NCBI GenBank assembly: GCA_944359625.1 | Contig: CALVSW010000006.1 | Location: 5,070-69,069, forward strand | Origin: an uncultured Bacilli bacterium | Lineage (GTDB): Bacteria; Bacillota_I; Bacilli_A; RF39; UBA660 | DNA: 64,000 nucleotides | Direction: 5' to 3' | In this document: in pieces, positions 48,815 through 58,260 of the stretch | Layout of the letters: the number at the start of each line of letters is the position of its first letter | Position numbering within the stretch: the stretch's first letter is position 1 | The notes under the pieces: model-generated | Database searches by the model: none | Told to the model about the DNA's origin: nothing | What the model saw: the letters and a program-made list of their open reading frames with translations, nothing else | Made by a program: the position numbers and the translations under genes

Positions 48815-48822
48815 AAACTCTC

Positions 48823-51150
48823 CTAAAACTTAAGTGCTTTACTGCCTGTTTCAGTTAACCCATCAATAACGCTCTTTGGGAACCAAGCATAACCTAAACC
48901 ATTACTTTGTTTAAAGTGATACCAAATTTCACCACTAGGTGTTGTAACAGCTTTATCAAATATAGCATCTTTACCAACACTAGTTATTAAATCAACTGGG
49001 TTACTAGAGTCAGAAGCCACATATCCCTGTTGGATACTACTTAAATCCAAAGTATCTCCATGAGTTAAAACATGTTCGGTTACTGGTGTAGTATCAGGAA
49101 TTACAGTAGTTGTATCTTGAGGAGCAGATGGCTCTGGAGTATCAATAGCAGGTGTTTGAGCTACTACTTTTTCTCCCGGATTAATAGCTTCAAAAATAGT
49201 TTCTCCAGTTACCATTTCAAATATATTACCAACTAAATAACCAGCTGATACTCCATTAATAAACGTATTAAGAGGACTAGAGTTCAATTTATCATTAATT
49301 ACTTTTATTCCATTAGCAATTCGTGGAAATTTATTAGATAATTTAGACTTAGCATTAGTTATTACTGTATCTATCTTACCATTAGGATGCTTATTAGTCC
49401 AAATACTAACTAATTGTCCTGCAAGTTTAAGACCAGCTAAAGTCATTCTAATAGCGCCAACGCCAGGTACACAAGATAATGCAATACCGCCAGCAAAACC
49501 TAAACCGAAAGCAATAAATTTCTTCAATAAATCTTTACGATTAGTTACTTTTTCTACTTTTGTTTCTTCTTCTTCAATCTTTCTTAACTCTTTTGTTAAA
49601 TAACTTATAGCTAATTTAATAGCATTACTTTGCTTACGTAATTCTTCTAATTCTGCATTTAATTTATTAGCTAATTCATCATATTCTGAAGCTTTATTAC
49701 GAGCAAACTCGATTAAATCAGCATCTGGAGCTACTTTATTATAAGTTTTAATTGTATCAAATATTTCTTGTTCTTCAGTAGTTAATTCTTCTTTATTAGC
49801 ATATTTTAACAATACTTCACTATACTTTTTATAAGTAGCAATAGTTTCGGCTTTAATTTCTCTTTTTTTTACTAATTTATCTTCTTCAGCATACAATTTA
49901 TCCAAATCAGCAATTATTTGTTCTTCATTTAATTCTTGATAAACATTATCATCATTTGCTTTTGGACGACCAGCTTTTAATATTTTATCAATATAATTTT
50001 CTCTTACGCCATTAGCATATTCCTTATAACTTTCAGCATCATAATTTTCTGGTTCAGGGTATTTACTTAATAATTCTTCTTTAATATTAAGTAATTGAGC
50101 CATTTTACTATAATTTTTAACTTTAGTTTTAATATCAGCTAAAGGCATTGAATTAGCTTCTTCATAATCTTTAATTGATACCAAATCAATATCATTTTCA
50201 TCATTTATTCCAAAGTTATATCGTGATTTTAAGTTATTTCGAGCAATCTTTCTTGCTTCATACAATTGATTTTCTAATTCTACTACTTGCTCTTTAGCAT
50301 ATGTATCAGATTCTAAAGATGATAAATCATTAGAAAACAAATAATTATTATAAATATCTGCTAAATTTTTACCATTTTTAGTATCAATAAATCCGGCTGC
50401 ATAAAATACTACACCATATAAGAATTCTTCTTTTTGCTTTATAGTACCATCTTGCATTACACTTACATCACGTAAATTGTGATTAATAAATTCTCTAATT
50501 ATTGCTTCATTTTCATCAAGTTCGCCTTCACTTTTAGTTACAGCAGAAAAGAAATTTTTATAACTTAAATCTGGAATTTGTAATACTTTGGTTTTCAAAT
50601 CACTATTTACGTTAGATGAAAGATTATTGTAATATGCAAGATATTTTACTATATAATCTTTACTAAACATTTTTGTAGCAACTATATCTGATGCTAATAA
50701 ATCTTGATAAGCATCTAAAATAGCACTTTCTTCTGCAGTTTTTTGCTCTTTATCTAACAATTTTTGATATTCTTCTGGATTATTGCTTAAATTTAGTGCC
50801 TTACTATAAATATCTTCAAGATTACGTAATTTAATATCAACTCCAGTTAAATAAGCATTAACATTTGTAATATAATTTACGTATTCACTGCTATCTTGTT
50901 CCATTTTTTCAGGTTCTTGAAACCCTATATCATTTAACCATCTTTTAATATCTAAATAGTTTTCTTTTTCTTCTTTACTTAAATTTTCATCCGCCTCAAT
51001 TGATGCTTTTGAAATTTTAGCAACTGATAAATAAAAGTTCTTATCAAACAAATACTTTTGATTTACTTTTAGCATATTACCAACTAATATATCAATTGAA
51101 TCAACGCCTAAACTACGTAAATATTCTAAATCTTCTTTTGTAAAATTCAT
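48823..51150 (-). CDS. large alpha-helical/coiled-coil membrane protein with a Pro/Thr linker and a small C-terminal globular domain
   Basis: About 540 aa are helical and cytoplasmic-looking. A hydrophobic hairpin follows (FIAFGLGFAGGIALSCVPGVGAIRMTLAGLKLAGQLV), then the linker TPAIDTPEPSAPQDTTTVIPDTTPV, then a roughly 80-aa tail (GEIWYHFKQSNGLGYAWFPKS). The start is probably ATG 51150, behind AAGGTGA. Confidence 0.65.
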   Translation of the reverse strand: MNFTKEDLEYLRSLGVDSIDILVGNMLKVNQKYLFDKNFYLSVAKISKASIEADENLSKEEKENYLDIKRWLNDIGFQEPEKMEQDSSEYVNYITNVNAYLTGVDIKLRNLEDIYSKALNLSNNPEEYQKLLDKEQKTAEESAILDAYQDLLASDIVATKMFSKDYIVKYLAYYNNLSSNVNSDLKTKVLQIPDLSYKNFFSAVTKSEGELDENEAIIREFINHNLRDVSVMQDGTIKQKEEFLYGVVFYAAGFIDTKNGKNLADIYNNYLFSNDLSSLESDTYAKEQVVELENQLYEARKIARNNLKSRYNFGINDENDIDLVSIKDYEEANSMPLADIKTKVKNYSKMAQLLNIKEELLSKYPEPENYDAESYKEYANGVRENYIDKILKAGRPKANDDNVYQELNEEQIIADLDKLYAEEDKLVKKREIKAETIATYKKYSEVLLKYANKEELTTEEQEIFDTIKTYNKVAPDADLIEFARNKASEYDELANKLNAELEELRKQSNAIKLAISYLTKELRKIEEEETKVEKVTNRKDLLKKFIAFGLGFAGGIALSCVPGVGAIRMTLAGLKLAGQLVSIWTNKHPNGKIDTVITNAKSKLSNKFPRIANGIKVINDKLNSSPLNTFINGVSAGYLVGNIFEMVTGETIFEAINPGEKVVAQTPAIDTPEPSAPQDTTTVIPDTTPVTEHVLTHGDTLDLSSIQQGYVASDSSNPVDLITSVGKDAIFDKAVTTPSGEIWYHFKQSNGLGYAWFPKSVIDGLTETGSKALKF

Positions 51151-51151
51151 T

Positions 51152-51409
51152 TTACTCACCTTCTTCTTTTAACATTTTATTTATTTTTTCTTCAAAAATA
51201 GATGTTAAAATTTTTCTTAATTCCTCATCTTTTACTGGAAAATATTTATCATTTTCTACTTTAAAAATATAGTTTTCTTCTCCAATATCTTCATTTTCTT
51301 TTATTTTGTTTGTAAATACATATAAAACCCCATCATAGATTGCCTTAGATAATATCAAGTATTTTCCGGATTTTAATTCAACTAAGTATCCTAAATCTAC
51401 TTTCTCCAT
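51152..51409 (-). CDS. small protein, paralog family member C (85 aa)
   Basis: The start is at ATG 51409, behind AGGGAAGG. MEKVDLGYLVELKSGKYLILSKAIYDGVLYVF...FPVKDEELRKILTSIF. Its stop lies directly before the start of the 48823 gene. Confidence 0.6.
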   Translation of the reverse strand: MEKVDLGYLVELKSGKYLILSKAIYDGVLYVFTNKIKENEDIGEENYIFKVENDKYFPVKDEELRKILTSIFEEKINKMLKEEGE

Positions 51410-51531
51410 ATTATTCCTTCCCTTTTTACACATAATAGTGCTTCAATACCCATATAATAGCATAAAACATTAAATTATGCAATTTAATTAAATAGTAGTA
51501 AACAAAATAAAAAAGTGTAAAAAAATCACAC

Positions 51532-52197
51532 TTAATTTCGACGATCTGCTGCAAGAATTAGACGTATAATTTGAAGAGCAGATGCTAATACTCCAGCTAC
51601 ATAAGTCATCGCTGCTGCCTTTAAAATAGCTTTAGTACCTTTTAAATCAGATTCTTCACATAAACCATATTCTGCTAATTTCAAATTTGCGCGTTTTGAT
51701 GCATCAAACTCAACTGGTAAAGTAACAATTTGAAATAATAAACCGAGAAAAGTTAACGCTATACCTAGGTATATCATATCCATAAGCTGTAAAATAAAAC
51801 CAATTAAAATTATATAATAAGATATAGATGTAGCAATATTTACAACTGGAAAAATTAAACTACGAAAACGCATAAACATATAAGCTTCTTTATCTTGAAT
51901 AGCATGACCACACTCGTGTGCTGCTACTGCCATAGCGGCGATTGATTCACCATGGTAAATATCTGATGATAGACGCACAACTTTTTGAGTTGGATCATAA
52001 TGGTCTGTTAAATTTCCTCTAGTTTCAACTATATATACATCTTTTAAACCATTTCTATCTAAAATATTTCTAGCAACATCGTAGCCTGTCATATTTTTGC
52101 TATTGCCTATTCTTTTATATTTATTATAACTTGTAGTTATTCCTAATTGAGCAATTAAAGGAATAAAAATAATTAAAATAATTAAAAATAAATCCAT
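51532..52197 (-). CDS. membrane zinc metallopeptidase (Zn_peptidase_2 / YpqC-like)
   Basis: HECGHAIQD HExxH motif, with an N-terminal and two C-terminal TM helices. Confidence 0.75.
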   Translation of the reverse strand: MDLFLIILIIFIPLIAQLGITTSYNKYKRIGNSKNMTGYDVARNILDRNGLKDVYIVETRGNLTDHYDPTQKVVRLSSDIYHGESIAAMAVAAHECGHAIQDKEAYMFMRFRSLIFPVVNIATSISYYIILIGFILQLMDMIYLGIALTFLGLLFQIVTLPVEFDASKRANLKLAEYGLCEESDLKGTKAILKAAAMTYVAGVLASALQIIRLILAADRRN

Positions 52198-52207
52198 TGT
52201 ACCTCCA

Positions 52208-53518
52208 TTACAATATATCTTTACTAATTAAAATCTCACGAAGTTTATCTGCTTCTAAATAATTTTTTTCTTTTTTAGCTATTTGCCAATTTTGATAAAT
52301 TTCTAAATCTTCTTTAGACATAACTGGTATTTTATAATGTAATCCTAAAATACCAATTATAAGATTAATTTTATCATAAATTAGTGTAAATGGCAAACCA
52401 GCACGGATATTGGAATTTAGTTCTTTTACTAATTCAATTAAATAAGTAATTAGATTTGGTGTATTAAAGTCATTATCCATTATCTCTTCAATTTTTTCAT
52501 CCTTATTAACTGGTAAATATTCTATATTATCTACTTGAATTTTGATAGCAGCCTGTTTTAAAGAATTATATATTTTATCATTAAGAGTAATAGCTTCATT
52601 AAATAAGTCATCACTTATATTAAATGGTAAACGATAATGGGTTTTAAACATTGCGAGTTTTATTACATTAGGTTTATATTTTTTGATAAAATCTTTAGCT
52701 AAAATAAAATTATTTAAAGACTTACTCATTTTTGTTCCATCAACATTAATATGGCCATTATGCATCCAATAATTTGCTAAGTAATTATTATTTAGAGCTT
52801 TACTTTGGACTATTTCATTTTCATGATGAGGAAATTTCAAGTCAACACCACCACCATGAATATCAATTTTACTACCAAATAAATTATTTATCATCACAAC
52901 GCACTCTGTATGCCATCCTGGAATTCCTCTTCCCCATGGAGAAGGAAAATTCTCACCACTTGTGGTTTTACGCCATAAGGCAAAATCTAATGGATCTTCT
53001 TTTTTCTCATCTATTTCAACTCTAGCACCGCTTTCAAGTTCTTCAATAGTATTATTTGATAACTTACCATAATCTTTAATTTTACGAACACGAAAATAAA
53101 CATCACCATCAACATTATAAGCATAATCTAGTTCAATTAATTTTGAAATAAAAGCGATAATATTACTTAAATTCTCTAATACAGTAGGTCTATCAGTTAC
53201 ACAAGTACATTCATATGCTGCAATATCTTCTAAATATGCTTTAATAAATTTATTAGCAACTTCTCGTTCAGTTAAAGCTAACTCTTTGGCAGCATTAATT
53301 ATCTTAGGATTAATATCAGTAAAATTAGAAGCATATCTAACTTTATAACCAAGATATTTAAAATAATTAGCTACCATATCAAAAGTAATAGCGGGACGCA
53401 TATTACCGATATGAACATAGTTATATACAGTTGGACCACAAACATAAATAGATACTTCCCCCTCTTTTATGGGAATGAATTCTTCTAATTTATTTGATAA
53501 AGAATTATAAATTTTCAT
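52208..53518 (-). CDS. cysS: cysteine--tRNA ligase
   Basis: CGPTVYNYVHIGNMR (HIGH), WHTEC and KMSKSLNN (KMSKS). Confidence 0.95.
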   Translation of the reverse strand: MKIYNSLSNKLEEFIPIKEGEVSIYVCGPTVYNYVHIGNMRPAITFDMVANYFKYLGYKVRYASNFTDINPKIINAAKELALTEREVANKFIKAYLEDIAAYECTCVTDRPTVLENLSNIIAFISKLIELDYAYNVDGDVYFRVRKIKDYGKLSNNTIEELESGARVEIDEKKEDPLDFALWRKTTSGENFPSPWGRGIPGWHTECVVMINNLFGSKIDIHGGGVDLKFPHHENEIVQSKALNNNYLANYWMHNGHINVDGTKMSKSLNNFILAKDFIKKYKPNVIKLAMFKTHYRLPFNISDDLFNEAITLNDKIYNSLKQAAIKIQVDNIEYLPVNKDEKIEEIMDNDFNTPNLITYLIELVKELNSNIRAGLPFTLIYDKINLIIGILGLHYKIPVMSKEDLEIYQNWQIAKKEKNYLEADKLREILISKDIL

Positions 53519-53671
53519 AATACACCTTCTTTATATATTATAGTAATTTAAAACCATAATTAGTAAATTAATTATATTAAAAAATATAAATAAAAGCAAA
53601 TTTATTATGAATATAATAGACTACTATTAAATTGTTTGATATACTAAATTCTTATAAAGCAAGGAGTAAAT

Positions 53672-54409
53672 ATGAATAGTGAAATTACTATAAAAGAAAA
53701 ATTATATAATTTATTAGAAAGTTATAAGAATATTTTAAGTAAAGATGTAATTGAATATCTTAAATATTTAATTGAATTAGACATAAGTGCAGTAAATGAT
53801 ACTAGTTCTATTAGTGTAGATGATAAAAAATTATTACTACAATTTGATATTTATAGAGAAATAGCCAAATATAATATTTATTATCGAGCATTAAAGTTAT
53901 TAAATATAATTAGTTCTAAATTTCCTTATGATACTGATTCTATTAGTCTTATTGCTAAAATCAATACTATAATTATTAAAATATTTGATTTTGATTATCA
54001 AAATCCTAATAATATCGGTACAATAAAATTATATCAAACTATTATTGATGAAAAAGAAAGAAATGAAGAAATTGAAAGAATAAAAAAAAGATTAGAATTT
54101 CTATACGATTTTCATAACCCTAGGATAGCATTTAATCATCTTCAAAATCATAACTTTTCATTTTTAAAAAATGAGGAAATAGACCAATTAAATAGAAGAA
54201 TTAATGAATTGCAACATAGAAATCCTATAACTTCTAAAAAAGAATTTGAAATAGAAAAAACAAAAGAACTTTGCGAATTATTTTTAGATGATTATGGTAT
54301 AAAAGAAGAAGAATTCACTTCTTTAGAAAATAAAAATAGAGGATTACAAAGAAGTTTAGTTGTTAAAAAACCAGGTTTAGTAGTTGAAAAGAAAATAAGT
54401 TTATATTAA
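53672..54409 (+). CDS. hypothetical helical protein
   Basis: 245-aa ORF behind an AAGGAG RBS. No motif recognised. Confidence 0.6.
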   Translation: MNSEITIKEKLYNLLESYKNILSKDVIEYLKYLIELDISAVNDTSSISVDDKKLLLQFDIYREIAKYNIYYRALKLLNIISSKFPYDTDSISLIAKINTIIIKIFDFDYQNPNNIGTIKLYQTIIDEKERNEEIERIKKRLEFLYDFHNPRIAFNHLQNHNFSFLKNEEIDQLNRRINELQHRNPITSKKEFEIEKTKELCELFLDDYGIKEEEFTSLENKNRGLQRSLVVKKPGLVVEKKISLY

Positions 54410-56062
54410 TTATTTAACAAGCTCTAACTCATTATATTTTATAAAGTAAGAAGACATATTATTTAAACTTTCATTTTTTATAAAACCGATGCTACTTACA
54501 TAACTATCTACTTTATCAACAATAATCATTACATTAGAAAGATTTATTTCATTACCAAAATTATCAATAATTATTCTATTTTTAATTATCTTATTAATTA
54601 TATCTTTTAAATAACTTTCACTATTATAATTTTTTATAAATAATACTCCAAATGGATTATCTATAAATTTTTGTAATATATATTCTTGATTTACATTATT
54701 AGGATTACCTAAAAAGTTATTTAAAGAATAAGCAGTATTATAATCATTTAAATTTATATTTATAAACAAGTTATGATTATAATCTTTTTCTAAAGTATTA
54801 CTTAGTAAATTAAAATCTTCAGAAACTAGACATTTTTGTTTATTTAAAAAATCTACTAATTTAGGATTATTACTTCCTAAGAAATTAATATAATATTTAT
54901 TATTAAATAAAGAATAAACATCATCTATACTAACTTGAAGTTTATTTTGAAACTTTACATAACTACACAAAGAATCTAGTAATTCTATAGATTTATCTGG
55001 ATTGGCTTTATTAAGTAAATATTTAGTTGTTAACTCGACTATAAGTTTTACAATATCATTGTCAATTTTTACACAATGATATTTTTCATAAACATCTTTA
55101 ATTTTTAATAAAATATTTAGCGTTTCTTTTGCGGATGGTTCTTCTAAAATAACTGATGTCATACGTCTTGATAATGCTTTATCTGGTTCAATAAATTTAT
55201 GATATTCATTTAATGTTGTTGCTCCAATAAGACGTATTTCACCTCTAGCTAGAAAAGGTTTAAATATATCACCAGCTCCAATTGCGCCCTCAGAACCTCC
55301 TGCATTAACTAAAGTATGAATTTCATCAACAAAAAGAATAATATTTTTATTATTTTTTACATCATTAACAAGTTTAGTAACTTTTTCTTCAAATTCGCCA
55401 CGATACTTTGTTCCCGCTACTAATGATGCTAAATCTAATCTTAATATTTTAACATCCATTAGTTCTTTAGGAACTTCTTTTTTATTAATTCTTCTTGCTA
55501 ATTCTTCAACTAAAGCTGTTTTACCAACTCCAGCTTTACCAATTAAAAGAGGATTACATTTATTTTTACGAAGTAAAATTTGGATAATATTAGCTAATTC
55601 TAAATCACGACCAACTAGTTTTTCATCCATAACTTTATTATTTAAAATAGTACAATAAGGATAATTAATTATTTCTTGATACTTTAACTTTTCTAAGTCT
55701 ATATGCATTGTTTCTAATATACGAACCGCTATTCCTTCTTTTGATTCAATAATAGTATTAAATAAGATAATTTCATCTACTTGCTGATTATTTTTTTTAG
55801 CATATTCTAATGAATCATTTAGTACACATCTTAACATAGGAGTATATAAAGTATAATCATTATTATTATCTGTTTGTCCAATTAATTTAATAAGTTGATT
55901 TTTAAATTTTTTATATGTTACCCCTTGTTTTCTAAGAAATTCAACTAATTTAGATCTACTTTTTAAAATAGCTAATAATAAATGTTCCGTTCCAACATAA
56001 GGATGTTTTAAGGCAAGTGTCTCTTGTTCTGCTTTTTTTAAAATCAAATCGTATTTATTCAT
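54410..56062 (-). CDS. ClpC-like AAA+ protein: Clp_N repeats plus an intact D1 ATPase plus a degenerate (fossil) D2
   Basis: Clp_N HPYVGTEHLLLAIL. D1 has Walker A GKAGVGKTALVEE, Walker B ILFVDEIHTL and sensor GATTLNEY. The C-terminal roughly 170 aa align to a D2 core (PFGVLFIKNYNSESYLKDIINKIIKNRIIIDNFGNEINLSNVMIIV) but lack the GxxGxGKT and DE residues. Confidence 0.7.
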   Translation of the reverse strand: MNKYDLILKKAEQETLALKHPYVGTEHLLLAILKSRSKLVEFLRKQGVTYKKFKNQLIKLIGQTDNNNDYTLYTPMLRCVLNDSLEYAKKNNQQVDEIILFNTIIESKEGIAVRILETMHIDLEKLKYQEIINYPYCTILNNKVMDEKLVGRDLELANIIQILLRKNKCNPLLIGKAGVGKTALVEELARRINKKEVPKELMDVKILRLDLASLVAGTKYRGEFEEKVTKLVNDVKNNKNIILFVDEIHTLVNAGGSEGAIGAGDIFKPFLARGEIRLIGATTLNEYHKFIEPDKALSRRMTSVILEEPSAKETLNILLKIKDVYEKYHCVKIDNDIVKLIVELTTKYLLNKANPDKSIELLDSLCSYVKFQNKLQVSIDDVYSLFNNKYYINFLGSNNPKLVDFLNKQKCLVSEDFNLLSNTLEKDYNHNLFININLNDYNTAYSLNNFLGNPNNVNQEYILQKFIDNPFGVLFIKNYNSESYLKDIINKIIKNRIIIDNFGNEINLSNVMIIVDKVDSYVSSIGFIKNESLNNMSSYFIKYNELELVK

Positions 56063-56194
56063 AGTTTCTCCTTGTCTATTAATAACTCAATTTTATTATA
56101 CGCAGAACTTTATAAATTATTTGTCTATTTATGCTTGCTAAATAAACTATATTTGTATTATAATGAATTTACTGATTACAAATTATTAGTAATT

Positions 56195-56268
56195 AGGGGT
56201 GTGGTATAATGGTAGCATAGGAGTCTCCAAAACTTTTGATGGGAGTTCGATTCTCTCCACCCCTGCCA
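56195..56268 (+). tRNA. trnW: tRNA-Trp (anticodon CCA), with 3' CCA encoded
   Basis: Acceptor stem AGGGGTG/CACCCCT, anticodon loop CTCCAAA, T-loop TTCGATT. It closely resembles Bacillus tRNA-Trp. Confidence 0.85.
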
Positions 56269-56278
56269 GAGAATAATC

Positions 56279-56316
56279 CGATTTTTCTTTATATATTAAA
56301 GAAAAATCGTTTTTTT
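56279..56316 (+). terminator. intrinsic terminator after tRNA-Trp
   Basis: cgatttttcttt-atatatt-aaagaaaaatcg followed by ttttttt. Confidence 0.8.
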
Positions 56317-56429
56317 ATAATATAAATTTATTTATTTTTCAATTGGCCTAAATATAAAAATAATATGGTAGTTGAAATAGCAATAATTTTATGTTAAATT
56401 ATGATAACTGAGAAAATATTATTATACAA

Positions 56430-56780
56430 ATGGAGATGTTTAAATTGTTTGGTTTAATTAGTACAAAAGAATTATATTTATTAAAATTAGATGTCGTTGC
56501 AAAATTTCAATATACTTCATACTTTAATGGTAATTACACATTAGCTTTTAATCCTAGATATGTTTTAGCTAGAAAAAAAGATGGCAAATTCATAGATGTT
56601 TTAACAGGCACAAAATATGAAAATGATTGTGTAGAAGGCAGAGAAATGATTGTTGGAATTAAAAGTATTATTACTTCTAAAAAACATATCACTAAAGATG
56701 AAGCTAACTTCATATTAAAGGAATTAAATCCTACATATTTAGAAGCAGTAAAGCCAAAAAAATTAGAAAGAAAAAAATAA
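56430..56780 (+). CDS. hypothetical small basic protein
   Basis: 116-aa ORF. The exact start is uncertain. Confidence 0.5.
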   Translation: MEMFKLFGLISTKELYLLKLDVVAKFQYTSYFNGNYTLAFNPRYVLARKKDGKFIDVLTGTKYENDCVEGREMIVGIKSIITSKKHITKDEANFILKELNPTYLEAVKPKKLERKK

Positions 56781-56878
56781 GTATAAACTAAAAATATGAT
56801 ATGAATAGAAATTTAATTTTATTGATATACTCACTTTACGCATGATATAATTAAGAAAATAAAAGAAAGTGAGTGTGT

Positions 56879-57322
56879 ATGAAGAAATTAATTTTAGGCG
56901 TAATTATTAGTATTTTTATTTTAACTGGATGTTCTAATAAAGTTGTAGAACAAAATAGTTCTACTGATTGGATTAATAAGAAAGTATCTGAAAATAAATT
57001 AATAAAATTATATGAGTTAAAGGAAAATATAGCAATTTATTCTAAGTTAGATACTATTGAATATAAAGATAATGATAATATTATTAATTTAAAAGATGCA
57101 TTAGAAGATGGAAAAGTTACTATTGATGATTTAATTAGTAAAATGGATTATTTAAATACTGCAAATGATGGTGGCTCTTCTTATTACGAATCTAATGATA
57201 ATTTTATTGGTGAAAAATTTTATCTTGCTAAATGTAATAGTTTAGAAGGAAATGGTGGTATAAAGGATATTTTTATTGATACTAATGAAGAAAATATTTA
57301 TAATTATTGTGTCATAGAATAA
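56879..57322 (+). CDS. lipoprotein, function unknown
   Basis: MKKLILGVIISIFILTGCSNK is a classic signal peptide plus L-T-G-C lipobox. The start is at ATG 56879. Confidence 0.7.
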   Translation: MKKLILGVIISIFILTGCSNKVVEQNSSTDWINKKVSENKLIKLYELKENIAIYSKLDTIEYKDNDNIINLKDALEDGKVTIDDLISKMDYLNTANDGGSSYYESNDNFIGEKFYLAKCNSLEGNGGIKDIFIDTNEENIYNYCVIE

Positions 57323-57359
57323 TTTAACTTAAAAAATCATGCTTTAATTGCATGATTTT

Positions 57360-58130
57360 TTATTGAGCAGAATAGCCACCATCGATATATAAACTTATTC
57401 CTGTCACAAATTTAGATTCATCACTTGCTAAATATAGGCATCCATATGCAACATCAATTGGTTCTCCAGCATGACCAATAGGATGTTTTTCACTCATAAG
57501 TTTGTTGTAAGCTTCTAAACCACCTTCCATACGAGATCCTAATTCTTTTACTAGTGGTGTCATAATTGTCCCAGGATGAATTGCGTTAACTCTTATATTA
57601 TTTTTAGCATAACTAATAGCATCTTGCTTTGTCATCGCAAACACAGCACCTTTAGCAGCATGATATGGTGTTAATTCTTGAGAACCAAGTGTTCCATAAA
57701 TTGAAGATAAATTGACAATACTACCTTGTTCATTTTCTAACATATAAGGAATTACATATTTTGTACAATAAAATACTCCCTTTACATCGACATTAAATAC
57801 TTGTTCCCATTCAGCATTTGTAAGTTCATGTACCTTTTTATCGACACCAGTAATACCAGCATTATTAATTAAAATATCTATCTTACCAAATTCATTTTTA
57901 ACTTCGCTGATAGCATTTTTTACATTTTCTTCATTAGATACATCTACTTGCCAAAATTTAGCTATACCACCATTTCCTTTAATTTCGTTAACTGTTTCGT
58001 CACCTGATTTAGCATCTATTTCAAATACCGCAACTTTACAACCTTCTTTAGCAAATAAAATACTAGTTTCTTTTCCCATACCAGCTCCAGCACCAGTAAT
58101 TATTGCTACTTTTCCTTTTAATCTATCCAT
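57360..58130 (-). CDS. SDR-family oxidoreductase (3-oxoacyl-ACP reductase / glucose dehydrogenase-like)
   Basis: GKVAIITGAGAGMGKE, NNAG and YHAAKGAV. Confidence 0.85.
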   Translation of the reverse strand: MDRLKGKVAIITGAGAGMGKETSILFAKEGCKVAVFEIDAKSGDETVNEIKGNGGIAKFWQVDVSNEENVKNAISEVKNEFGKIDILINNAGITGVDKKVHELTNAEWEQVFNVDVKGVFYCTKYVIPYMLENEQGSIVNLSSIYGTLGSQELTPYHAAKGAVFAMTKQDAISYAKNNIRVNAIHPGTIMTPLVKELGSRMEGGLEAYNKLMSEKHPIGHAGEPIDVAYGCLYLASDESKFVTGISLYIDGGYSAQ

Positions 58131-58260
58131 ATTATCCTCCTAATTTAATTTTAACATAAAAAGAAATGGTTCTATGTAATTAATAAATACTATTTACATA
58201 GTTAATGTTAATAGGAGATGTAATATCTTTAATAAAATACAAAAAAGTGGGAAATCCCAC

